Assembly (NCBI GenBank): GCA_951406725.2
Contig: OX597815.1
Location: 148,862,001 to 148,926,000, forward strand
Source of the DNA: Octopus vulgaris
Taxonomy: Eukaryota
Length of the DNA stretch: 64,000 bases
Reading direction: 5' to 3'
The notes beneath the pieces are model-generated. The model saw only the letters and a program-made list of their open reading frames with translations. It was not told the origin of the DNA and ran no database searches. Both the position numbers and the translations under genes were made by a program. Positions 52,594 to 64,000 of the stretch are shown here, in pieces. Every line of letters starts with the position of its first letter. The first letter of the stretch is position 1.

Positions 52594-54640
52594 CTTCTCT
52601 TTCCCCCGTCTGTCTTGATAGACAATGGGTCGCGCCAAGGTTGGGGCCTATTTTGATGATGAGCAGCGTCTGCTGTGACTGAACAGTCCAATTCTAGAGT
52701 GGCAGTCCCTGGTACAGTTGCTGCACACGAACATCGATGGGCACGTGTGGGGTGTTGCTGCAGTTGTCCTCCTCCTGTCCCGCCTGTCCGGCCACAGCTG
52801 TGCTCTCCTTTTCTCAGCCATGGAAACGCCTTTCCTCACTGTCCGACGCCAGGCAGAGCGGTCAGCAGCTGTTACCTCACACGTGTCCACACAGATGTTG
52901 GCAGTCCTCAGGTCGCGCTTGCACTCATCCCTGTATCGTAGCTGTGGACGTCCCTTGGGTCGGGATCCCGTGGTGAGTTCGCTGTACAGGATGTCTTTAG
53001 GCATGCGACCGTCCTGCATGCGGCAGACGTGTCAGAGCCAGCGCCGTCGTCTCCGCACGAGGAGGGCATGCATGCTTGGCATATTAGTCTGTTCTAGGAT
53101 GACTCCGTTTGGTACTGGGTCCTTCCAGGAGATGCCAAGGATCCGTCGAAGACACCGCATGTGGAAGCCGCTGAGGCGGCATTCTTGCCGGGTGTATGTT
53201 GTCCAGCTCTCGCTGCCGTAGAGTAGGGTGCTCAGCACGCAGGCTCGGTACACTGCGATCTTGGTGGTTATTGTGAGCATGTTGTTTTCCCACACTCTCC
53301 TGGAGAGCTTAGCCATGGCAGCAGCAGCCTTCCCAATCCGTCTGTTCAGCTCCTGCTCGAAACCGTCGATCCCAGGTAAGTGAACTCGTTCACCACCTGC
53401 AAGCTGTGGTCGCCGACACTGATGCTGGGGACCCCTACGACGTCCTGGCCCATGATCTCTGTCTTTTTCAGGCCGATGGTAAGGCCGAACTCTTGGCAGG
53501 CATCCGCCAGGAAGCTGACCAGCCTCTGGAGACCCGGCTGGTTGTGTGATGTTAGGGCGGCATCGTCAGCAAAGAGGATCTCTCCGATCAGCACCTGATG
53601 GACTTTGGTCTTAGCTCTGAGGCGCGCAAGATTGAACAATCCACCATCAGCCCTGGTGTGGAGGAATACTCCGTCGTCGGACGTTCTGAAGGCATAGGAC
53701 AGGACAAAGGAGAAGAAAATTCCGAAGAGCGTCGGCGCCAGAACGCAACCCTGTTTCACTCCACTCTGGATGGGGAACGACTCCGAGGGCGATCCGTCAA
53801 ACTACACTGTTCCCAGCATACCGTCGTGAAAGGAGGTGATGAGTTTCAGCAGTCTGGGAGGGCAACCTATCCTACCCAGGAGCGCAAACAGCCCCTCCCT
53901 GCTGACTGAGTCGGACGCCTTAGCCAGGTCGATGAAGGCCACGTATAGGGGCTGTCTCTGTTCTCGACTCTTTTCTTGAAGCTGCATGAGTGAGAAGATC
54001 ATGTCAATTGTAGACCTCTCTGCCCTAAAGCCAGACTGAGACTCGGGGTACACACGCTCTGCAAGCATTTGCAACCTCTTCAGGACCACCCTGGCAAATG
54101 CCTTACCGACAGTGCTGAGCAGTGATATGCCCCTGTAATTATTACAGTCGCTTCTGTCCCCTTTGTTTTTATACAGTGTGATGATGTTTGCGTCACGCAT
54201 ATCCTTAGGGACAGATCCCTCCTCCCAGCACTGACAGAGCAGCTCGTGGAGATGGCCCAGAAGGGCTGGCTTCCCGCACTGGATGACTTCTGCGGGGATG
54301 CCGTCTTGCCCTGGTGCCTTGCCCCGAGCGAGTGAGTCAATTGCTTTGCTCAGTTCTGCCTTTGTTGGAGGCAGGTCAAGCTCCTCCATGACAGGCAGAG
54401 CAGGAATGCCGTCGAGAGCAGACCTGGTGACCACATTCTCAGTGGAGTAGAGGTTCTGGTAATGCTCGACCCACCTCTCCATCTGCTTCGCTTGGTCCTT
54501 GATGACCTCGCCATCCCTGGACTTCAGTGGAGCAACCTTGCTGACAGTGGGCCCGAATGCTTTCTTCATCCCCTCGTACATCCCTTTCACGTTACCACTG
54601 TCAGCACAGCACTGGATGTTCTGGCATAAGTTCTGCCAGT

Positions 54641-54641
<1 letters not shown>
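52594..54641 (-). mobile_element. 5'-truncated RTE-clade (BovB-like) LINE, reverse transcriptase pseudogene
   Basis: RT motifs KAPGQDGIP, LYKNKGDRSDCNNYRGISLLS, QSGFR, FIDLAKA.DSV, GVKQGCVLAPTLF, LFADD, FTYLGS. C-terminal C..C.RDCHSRIGLFSHSRRC. 3'UTR stem-loop tgtct-atca-agaca. Two in-frame stops (53802, 53032) and one frameshift (~53350). Confidence 0.95.
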
Positions 54642-54704
<63 letters not shown>

Positions 54705-54739
54705 TCACACACGTGCACACACACTTATAAATACATATT

Positions 54740-55139
<400 letters not shown>

Positions 55140-57274
55140 ATACGCATACATGTAGGCACTTACACACGTGTATATACATGTGTGTTTCATTTTACGTATA
55201 TACAATGGAACTTGCTAATATTGATATATACAAAAATATGTGTGCAGGTAGCTTGCAACCATATGCATGTCCATTGTGCATGACTCTCCAAATGCGTCTT
55301 TATCTCTTCCCGTAACACATCTTACAATTCAGACGGCAACACAGCTTACAATTTCATGATCAGTCTGTAACCACATGTCTTGAAAATTTATATATTCTGC
55401 TATACCTTACAGCTTCACGTTTCCGTCATATCATGGCGTTTTGTTACAAGAAGTTATCATGTGTGTCTTAAAAGTCTTTAATTTCACTACTGTCCATTAA
55501 CTTTAGGCTAATTATATGCAACGCAAAAGTGGTGAACTCACAGCACTGATGTAGCATCGGAAAAAAACCCAGCTCATTAGGTTTTGAATTGTCACTTCTA
55601 TTTTTCAGTCGTTTTCGGTTGTTAAAATAAAGTAACAGTCAAGTACTGGATTCGACATAAAGGACTTTACCTCTCCCTACAACAGACGGCTGTCCCTTTC
55701 AAGAAGAAATCTTGACTTTCCATCACATCTACGTCATAGAAACTGGATAACAGGCCTTGTGAGTCATAAGACACGAGAACAACTATACAAAGCTGGTTTA
55801 TTAAATGTGTACTCTATTTTCTAAGACAATGGAATAGAATGTTAGGAAATATTAAGACTTAAATTTGGATTGCTGTATAGTTCTAAGTTTGCATAATTCT
55901 TTTCAGTTTTAGTGATGTAGTGTTGTGTATTAAATGTGTCTCGAAATGTTGATAACTTGTTCTATATTACCAGAAAGTAGATTCCTAATAACGTTTAGCT
56001 TATTTTGTGTTACTGACTACAGACCTGAACAAATTATGTCAATTATATAAGAAATTGTAATTTGTTAACATGAAAGGAAGGAATATATTAATATTTTTGG
56101 TGGTCTTTCATCAGTGTGAACCATTAATAATTGAATAGGACATTATACTGTAGCAAAATTTGCATAGCATATAAACCAAATTTCTTTCAAAGCTAATTAG
56201 TTTAAACATATACATAACATATCCGAAGTAAATATAAATATGAAATTATAGCTATATATGATATAACGCTGAGTTTTCTGACGTAAAATCATAAAACTTG
56301 GTGCGTCTCTACTTCTCTCATATGTATCTCTTTATATTCAGACATAAACACACATACACCCACAAGCGCACAAACACACACACACATGTACACACATGCA
56401 CAGACAAACTCACTCGCACATATACGTTGCTATATGTCGGACCAATGCCAATGCCATTTGTTATGGAAACTGGAGTTGAAAGTTTGCCCCATTGATCCGT
56501 GCTACGCGGTAGTGCGTTTCACGCCACTTATTTTAGCCTGAAGACTGCGTAGCGTGAAACTTAGGTCACAAGTACTCCTAATCGACGAGGTTATTTTAAT
56601 TGATCATTTTCATCACAATAATTAACTAGGGTCTTATATATTTGGGTAGGATAGAGCACAGGATATATAGAAAATGAGAATGCCCTGTATAAGTTTGATA
56701 AATTTTAGAAATATATTAAGAGATATGTAATCCATTCAGTTCCCAAAATAAATCATGAAATGACATTGTATAAGACTGATTAACTTTTATATGATAAAAA
56801 TAGACAATTAGAAGTAATTTTTCTGCATCGAGTTTTTTAACTATGCATCACAATGTGCTTTTATATTGAGCCATACGAACCACTTACGGTTAAATAGAAT
56901 AGGTTAGACAGAATCTTTATTATGCGTATTCGGTGTGTAATGTTTAACATTCACTATGAGTTATGAACTGTTCGCCTTGTCAGCTGGTACCGTCAGAATT
57001 CAGTTAAAGGCTTGAGCATAGAGTTCCATGTTCTGGAATGTGATAATTATTTGAGTGGACGTAAAAGTGTTAAAGCGAGCAAAAGACAAAAAATGGATTA
57101 ATGTAAGTTGTACTTTACGTTTTGTTACAAATGCTGGTGTGTGTATATAAAATGTTGTACAATGATGTTTAGAAAATATCGATTTATTTTCGAGTATTCA
57201 TATACGTGTTTGTGCATGTGCTTGTGTGTGTGTGAGAGAGTTTGTGTGTGTGCGTACATAACCAAATATCTATG

Positions 57275-57320
<46 letters not shown>

Positions 57321-57802
57321 TATGCGCACATACCTACATATATATGTGTGTGTATGCGTGTGTATGCATATACACAAATACATATACAATATAAATATAT
57401 ATATATATATGTGTGTGTGTGTGTATACATATGTGTGTGCATGTGAGTGTTATCTATACATTAATTCACTTTTTTTGATCATCCCACCAATACAATAGAA
57501 AGAACGAGTGAAAGCTTATTTTGTTCAATCAAATCTTATTGAGACCTACGTACTAGCTAATCTTTTGTACAGTTTTGTTTCTGATACTAAGTTTCGCGAA
57601 CGATAATGGGACCTCTTTTGATAAAATGCTCCAGCTGTTTACGTAAACTTTTTGTGTTGCTGTTGATCAATTTGTAAAGTCATTTGTCCTGCTTAAGTGA
57701 CGTTTGCTCTATGAAAAAGCAAAAAAGAGCAATAGAATTCAAGAAATCCTGAACGTATGTTTTGTTAGTGTCATTCTGTGAAATAACCATCTGTTAAATG
57801 CC

Positions 57803-57840
57803 TATATAAGCTAGCTTCTGAGACCGATTTCTCATCACTT
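57803..57840 (+). promoter_or_regulatory. TATA box and initiator of the secreted-protein gene
   Basis: TATATAAG at 57803-57810. TCATCACTT Inr-like motif ~30 nt downstream and ~25 nt before the ATG. Confidence 0.7.
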
Positions 57841-57861
57841 GCTCACTTGCAATCTCTAATC

Positions 57862-57913
57862 ATGAAGGTTCAAGCAATTATCCTTTTCTTCTTCGCTATT
57901 GCATACTGCTATG
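57862..57913 (+). CDS. Exon 1 of secreted protein: signal peptide MKVQAIILFFFAIAYCY(A)
   Basis: aatcATG start, basic-hydrophobic-small residue signal pattern, phase-1 donor G|gtaagt at 57914. Confidence 0.85.
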
Positions 57914-58968
57914 GTAAGTATCAATATTTCTATTTAGCATGTACTTATTTCAAGAAATACTGAAATTAAAAATCGGAATTTGATTTTTAGTAGCAGTTAA
58001 ACTCACTTAATTCATGTGAATTAAGAAAAAATAATTCTTTCGGTTTTATGAATTATATAGAGCTACTCTCGTAACGAATGCTTTTAATTTACTCTTAAAG
58101 CCTTTTTTAAAGTTTCCTCAGTGTTCAAATTTTTGTGTAGTTAATGAAGAAGGACGAATGTGCTGAAGTTGACCGGACTGTCCAATGGCAAAAAGTTTCG
58201 TGATACACCATGCATAACGATTCGAACTTGTCGCCTTAATCAATTCTAGCACAGGTGTTTTACTTAAGAAAATATTTCAATTCAATATTGAGAGCTACCG
58301 TTGTGTTCCCCTGCTACAAACGCTTAACTCAAGTGACCAGTAACGTTTAAAGGTATAAGTGTACTTAAGAGAGCCATGGGTATCGCTGGTCGCAAAGAGG
58401 GATTAGATGCGTTTTTTCGCAGACGGTATGCCAAATGAATCGCCAAAGAGTATGGTCTCAAGAAACTGTCTATTTCTGAAGATGGAATTTCGTAGAATTC
58501 ATTATGAATGAACGAGCGTTTATATTTATTTAAAAACAAAAAACACCGTAATTCTAATTCACACTATTCAGCTCCAAGAGAACCGAAAATAAATTTCTAA
58601 ATTGCATGAAATATTAACTTTCTCTTAAAATGATAACGCATGAAATTGTGTAAAAGGTACTTTAGTTCGGTCTTACTTTGTGCCATCAATTATCAAGAAT
58701 GGTTAATGTCAATGATTGTTTTAGAGCTTGTGCGACTGACTGGAAACTATATTCTCAAACTGGACTGTTATTCAGATAGCAACAATAGAGTGCATTCTGT
58801 TAAAAAACACTCAACGTCCAGCTGGAAATGATTAAGTGACAATTTTATATAAAGTAAATATATTTCCCTTTTACAGTAACATGTATATTGATTTCATTTA
58901 TATAACTACATCTATAAAAAGTTTAATATAATCATTTCTTAAATGGTATTTTCTTTTCTGTTTTTCAG

Positions 58969-58995
58969 CATCCGTCAGCGACATGGTTTCCATGA
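58969..58995 (+). CDS. Exon 2 (27-nt micro-exon, (A)SVSDMVSM)
   Basis: ttttcttttctgtttttcag| acceptor, A|gtaagt donor, phase 1-1, frame preserved. Confidence 0.75.
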   Translation, partial: HPSATWFP

Positions 58996-60086
58996 GTAAG
59001 TATTCTTCACGTCTGAACTGAGTTTTTTCCATACACTAGATTAGAATTATCTGTCAAAGGCTATACACTTTCTTATATAAGCTTTTGGCTTACACATATT
59101 AGAAAACATTGTGTTTTACAGCGAACGCTACATTTTCGTTCCAATATCAACCCGTACTAAGAAATATTTTCTTCAGGCTTACGGGTAGAAATTCAAGAGG
59201 AAGATTCTATACGTGGAATAAGCAAGGATCTATTTAATTTGCTCTGAATATGCTACTGTAAGGACTTTCTGAAGTATGCCTTTACTAAGCTCAGAATCTC
59301 TTTCACTCATCCAGATTCTATAAAGTATCCAGTGGGATATTGTTCCAGAAGGGATTTGAGTTAACTATTAGAATCTACCGTTATATACGACAGCAATAAA
59401 TTCATGGAGAATATGCACAGCATCATTGAGTGATGTTGATTGTCCTTACACAATACTCAGGTCACCGTTTGTGAGATAACATGATTTGTTAGCTATTTAA
59501 TACGCAATGAACACGACCAGACTTTACGAATGATTATAACGTAATCGGGACTACACTGGAAAGCTTCCCCAGTTGTACTGCCATTTTCCCTACTCCAACG
59601 GACAGAATGATGAATTTCTGAAATATATGAAATATGTTTTAAGTGTCTATAAGAACTTCTATTGTTAGTGTTGCCTCGGTCTCTTAAGGAATAATAGACA
59701 ATTATCAACGCCAGATTAAATCCCCGTTCTATTAAGTTCAAAGTCCTAAAGTGCAATCATTCTAAAAACAGACAAAAACATATTTTTATTTAGCTTCTAT
59801 ATCTCAGTTTAGTTTGACGCCATTGATATAAAAACTATTTCGCATTAGATGTTTGGAAGGTGAAGTAGATGAAGATAAGCCGTTATAATAAATATACACA
59901 TTTAGACTGTTGCACGTGATGGGACACTATATGTATATACATACATGTACATATCTATACATACATGTACATACATATGTACATAGATATACATATATAT
60001 ATAAAAATATATACATATGTATATATATTTATGTATATCTATATATCTATATATATATATATATGTGTGTGTGTATATATATATAT

Positions 60087-60127
<41 letters not shown>

Positions 60128-60302
60128 CAGATATATATAATACATATATACATATATATATTCATATATATGTATACATGTATATATATGCATATATATA
60201 CGTATATATTCATATATATATAAATATATATACACATATATATATAATATATATATATATATACATATATATTCATACACACACACACACACTGACACAC
60301 GC

Positions 60303-60341
<39 letters not shown>

Positions 60342-60788
60342 GGAAAAAATAGAATTTTAAAATGCACTGAGAATGGTAAAAACCTTTTTTTTTATATTAA
60401 AATATTTGAAGCTTTAATCTGTTTCAGAATTTAGGCTCATTTTTAAAATGTTCACATAGAAATGAGTAGCTTATGTTGCAGCTGTCTTGCTTCAGACAGT
60501 TGTTTGAATTTGCCCTGTTTTTATAGGGAATTCATTGCGTAAATTAGTATATGTTCTGAATAGGATTAGAGGCCCGTCACATAACTGGTCTTCAGAATTT
60601 TTGTAGGTGAACAACTAAATCCGTCTGCTAGTGTAAATGGCCAATGTTGAAGCAGACACGGTTGAGTCAACGAGTCGAAACAATCCGTCTAGAATAAAAT
60701 ATCGTTGTTTCATATATATGTGTGTGTGTGTGTATGTGTGCGTGCGTGCGTGTATGTACATATATCATAGTATATTATGTATACATAC

Positions 60789-61182
60789 GGGCACAAGAGT
60801 GACTTTGTGGAAAGACGTTTGCTTCTCAAGCAAATGATTGCAGGTTCAGTCCCATGCGTGGCACCTTATGTAGATGTCTTTTACTATAGCCTCAGGCCGA
60901 CAAAAGCCTTGTGAGTAGATGTGGTACATGGAAACCGAAAGAATTCCATCGTATATATACGCTTGTATGCTTTTGTATGCCAGTGTCAATATACATATAA
61001 AAGGCCTGTGTTTGGTCCCCACGCCATTATCACTTAACAACCGATGCTGGTGTGTTTACATCCCCGTAACCTAGCGGTTCGGCAAAACAGATCGATAGAA
61101 TAATTACTGGGCTTACAAAGAATCAGTCGTGGTGTCGATTTGCTCGATTAAATGAGACAAATAGAAGAATAAAAGAATAAAG
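60789..61182 (+). mobile_element. SINE family B in intron 2
   Basis: Homologous to 21853-22270. Confidence 0.8.
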
Positions 61183-61735
61183 AAAAAAAAATATATATAT
61201 ATGTATATATGTATGTATATATGCATGTGTTTGTGTGTGCGTATGTTTGTGTGTGTGTGTATTTAGTAGGAGTTACATATATTATTATTTAAAGCAGTTT
61301 GTCTCGATTCTGCGAGATTAATAGTTTTGCAGGCATTGAACAGAAACCTGACTTGTTCAGGCTTAGATAATCGGATTCGGAATTACTGGTATTTTGATAT
61401 TATCCCAATGGCCGTTGAAAAATGAAAAGGCAAAACGGCCAGAATTATTCTTAAAAATACACATAAATTCCCACGCCACTGATTTAGCGTTGGTATTTTC
61501 AGGTATCAATTTCTAAACAATGTGAACAGATTTAATGAAACTATGATTTTGTTAATATACTGAAATAAATATTTTCCTGCATCAGTAGCAAATTTTATAA
61601 AAACATTAGCATTCTATAAATTTTCGGTTGAACGCCATTTATGACAATGATATTAGGTGAAATATATTGATTTTCTTTTATTTTCCAATATAGCATATAC
61701 GTTAACTTATATATTTTCTCCCTCTTTCTATTTAG

Positions 61736-61759
61736 TTCCTGATGGCCCTGCCGGATCAC
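61736..61759 (+). CDS. Exon 3 (24-nt micro-exon, (I)PDGPAGS)
   Basis: ttttctccctctttctatttag| acceptor, C|gtgagt donor, phase 1-1, GC-rich island in AT-rich intron. Confidence 0.75.
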
Positions 61760-61848
61760 GTGAGTCTATCTTCATTTTCCACACCAAATGATATTTCAGT
61801 CAATATACATACGAACTGATGTTATATTCCTCTATTTATGTGCTTATT

Positions 61849-61889
<41 letters not shown>

Positions 61890-61997
61890 AAATAAAAATA
61901 TATGCATACATACAAACATATATGTACGTACCTACATCTACATGTATATATACATGCATATATAAATAATTATACGTGAGTACAGGACACCACAATA

Positions 61998-62031
<34 letters not shown>

Positions 62032-63089
62032 CAATCCCATTTAATATGGTCCTTTAAAATGTACATTAATGATTGAATTTATAAAACGCACGTCTCTTCC
62101 CGTATAATCACCACTGTGCGTTGGTGATTTACTTAGTGCGTTGCATAATCATTACAAATGTAACACAAATTCTCTTTCATCTTACACTGTCAATTGTCCC
62201 ATGATTTAGTTTTCTACTTCAACCTCAGCCATATGCCTTTCTATGAGCATTTGTTGTGCAAGTGTGCACTTTCTAGGCGATACAACGCATTTCTCAGTTA
62301 TAAGTCTTGCAACGAAAAGCTATTCATCCATTAATTCAATACATGCAGCAGATTTTCTATACATTAGAGTAAAATTTAATGTTAGAATGGATGTTTTTAA
62401 CCAATGATGCTGTCGATGCAACAATAATTTCTACTGAATCACAACTCTCTCCATTTTGAGTATTACATAAAATATTGTGTTTTATATATATTCTTTCTCT
62501 CGCTAACACCTGCTTTTTTTTCTCAGTCTATTAATGAGGGGACACACAGAGGGAGATAAGGATGGACGTTTATTAACCTGATTGGCAGGATGAAATATCG
62601 TAAGATTTGGTCACGAAGAGGAACACATATTTGTCGAGATTTTTATTTTAAAAATATTCGTTTCGTAAACAAAGAAAAACTATTGTTTCTACGATCGACA
62701 AAATATCCATCGAGTTTGAAAATAATTGTTCTTGTATTAGTGTAACTTTAGCAGCAGCCAAACGTTCTTTAGCTGATGCTTTTATAGCCCTTTGTTCGTT
62801 CTTTAAAAGCAATTAGCTTGGCTCAGCTGTCTGCTTTTCTTTCATGTCTGTCTGTCCTCTCGTCTGTGCTGCTACTGTTTTTCTAAGTAGCGAAGGTGCG
62901 CTGAATTTGTAGTGATGGTTAGGCTCAGAAAGAAGCGCGTACCAAGAGATGAAATTAACTCAGTCTGTCTTGTATTTGTTTATCTTCTATTGAGTTGCAT
63001 TCCCCTTATTCCTATCCTCCGTTAGCTAATTGTCTACATTTGAAAATGAAAAATAACTCATTAACGCTTTACATAATATTTTCTTATAG

Positions 63090-63277
63090 GTCTTGCCAAG
63101 GCAAAGACTGGCTTGCAAACCGCAGGCATGATCATAGGCGAAGCAAGAGCAATGTGGTCCCGTAACACCGCAGAAGACATCGTAAAGACAAAACAGATTC
63201 CCTACCACTGCACCTTGGCTGCCAGTTATAGTAACCTTACATCTGAAGTAATCAGGGCAATGGACCAAGAGTTGCAA
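63090..63277 (+). CDS. Exon 4 of secreted protein, putative actinoporin-like N-terminal region; gene probably continues past the window
   Basis: attttcttatag| acceptor. Open in the phase-1 frame for 188 nt: (R)[62 protein letters not shown]. Probable donor CAA|gttagt. Confidence 0.75.
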
Positions 63278-63335
63278 GTTAGTTGAAATGAATGTTATAC
63301 TTTTACGTCTAATTTTCTATATACATTTTATTCAT

Positions 63336-63492
<157 letters not shown>

Positions 63493-63649
63493 TCATGCAT
63501 ATATATATATATATATAAATACATACATACACGTATAAAATATATAGACAACCACATATACTTACACACACATATTTACATATATTCACAAACACCAATT
63601 TGGTTTCGGATAGAAAATTTTCATAAAGCCTAGCTATGTATATTATGAG

Positions 63650-64000
63650 TTATATAGGCCCTCAAAACGTGGCTGACCCATAAGGGACGATGCTACTCTT
63701 GTTTATATCCCTAGGAAGACATCTTCTTCAGCTGGCTAACGACACACTGTCTGTGTCCGATCAGTATTTTCAAATGGAAATCATTGTTCCCATCTCTAGC
63801 CTTACGTGATACACACTGATCCAGGTTTCTGGATGGTAACCCGCCATCAGCATGTGACAATCACCAGCAAGGGACGAGATCTGATTCCAAACGCAAGAAT
63901 ACTATATGCTTTCTCCAGTGACAAACCATCGCTGATCTCGAAAAAAAGATAAACAAGCAATAATGAATTTCTGAGGAAGATGTAAAACAGAAGCAGCACG
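63650..64000. mobile_element. One arm of the 48973-49587 MITE family, in intron 4
   Basis: gaagacatcttcttcagctggcta...atcagtattttcaaa...ttcccatctctagccttacgtgatacacac...catcagcatgtgacaa matches the 49050-49200 arm. Confidence 0.8.

Noticed and set aside
52675-53909. Plus-strand ORFs (88-167 aa)
   Set aside because: Antisense shadows of the GC-rich RTE reverse transcriptase.
58141-58260. Extra exon in intron 1 after tttgtgtag
   Set aside because: Hits a stop after eight codons in the required phase.
63026-63277. Minus-strand Cys-rich 83-aa ORF
   Set aside because: Antisense to exon 4, which has proper splice sites and phase continuity on the + strand.

Overview
AT-rich eukaryotic genomic DNA with dense (TA)n/(CA)n/(GATA)n/(AAT)n microsatellites. 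The SINE families and microsatellite load look like an Octopus (coleoid cephalopod) genome; this is inferred from recalled repeat families, not from a search. Almost all ORFs in the supplied track are microsatellite or transposon artefacts. Real content: (1) the 5' part of a spliced + strand gene missed by the ORF track (TATA at 57803; coding exons 57862-57913, 58969-58995, 61736-61759, 63090-63277). It encodes a secreted protein whose N-terminus aligns by eye with actinoporin-type pore-forming toxins. (2) A divergent - strand Pol II promoter near 48050-48325 with TATA, Inr, CCAAT, CRE-like and ETS+CArG motifs, but no visible CDS. (3) A dead Penelope-like element plus several short Penelope-type units carrying hammerhead-ribozyme cores: one apparently intact (3375-3450), one at the tail of a tRNA-headed SINE, and a three-copy family with a variant core. 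(4) A GC-rich, 5'-truncated RTE/BovB-like LINE, CR1-like 3' ends whose tail is shared with a local SINE, mariner relics, fold-back MITEs, Helitrons, many SINEs and several local inverted duplications. Repeat boundaries are read by eye and are approximate unless stated.
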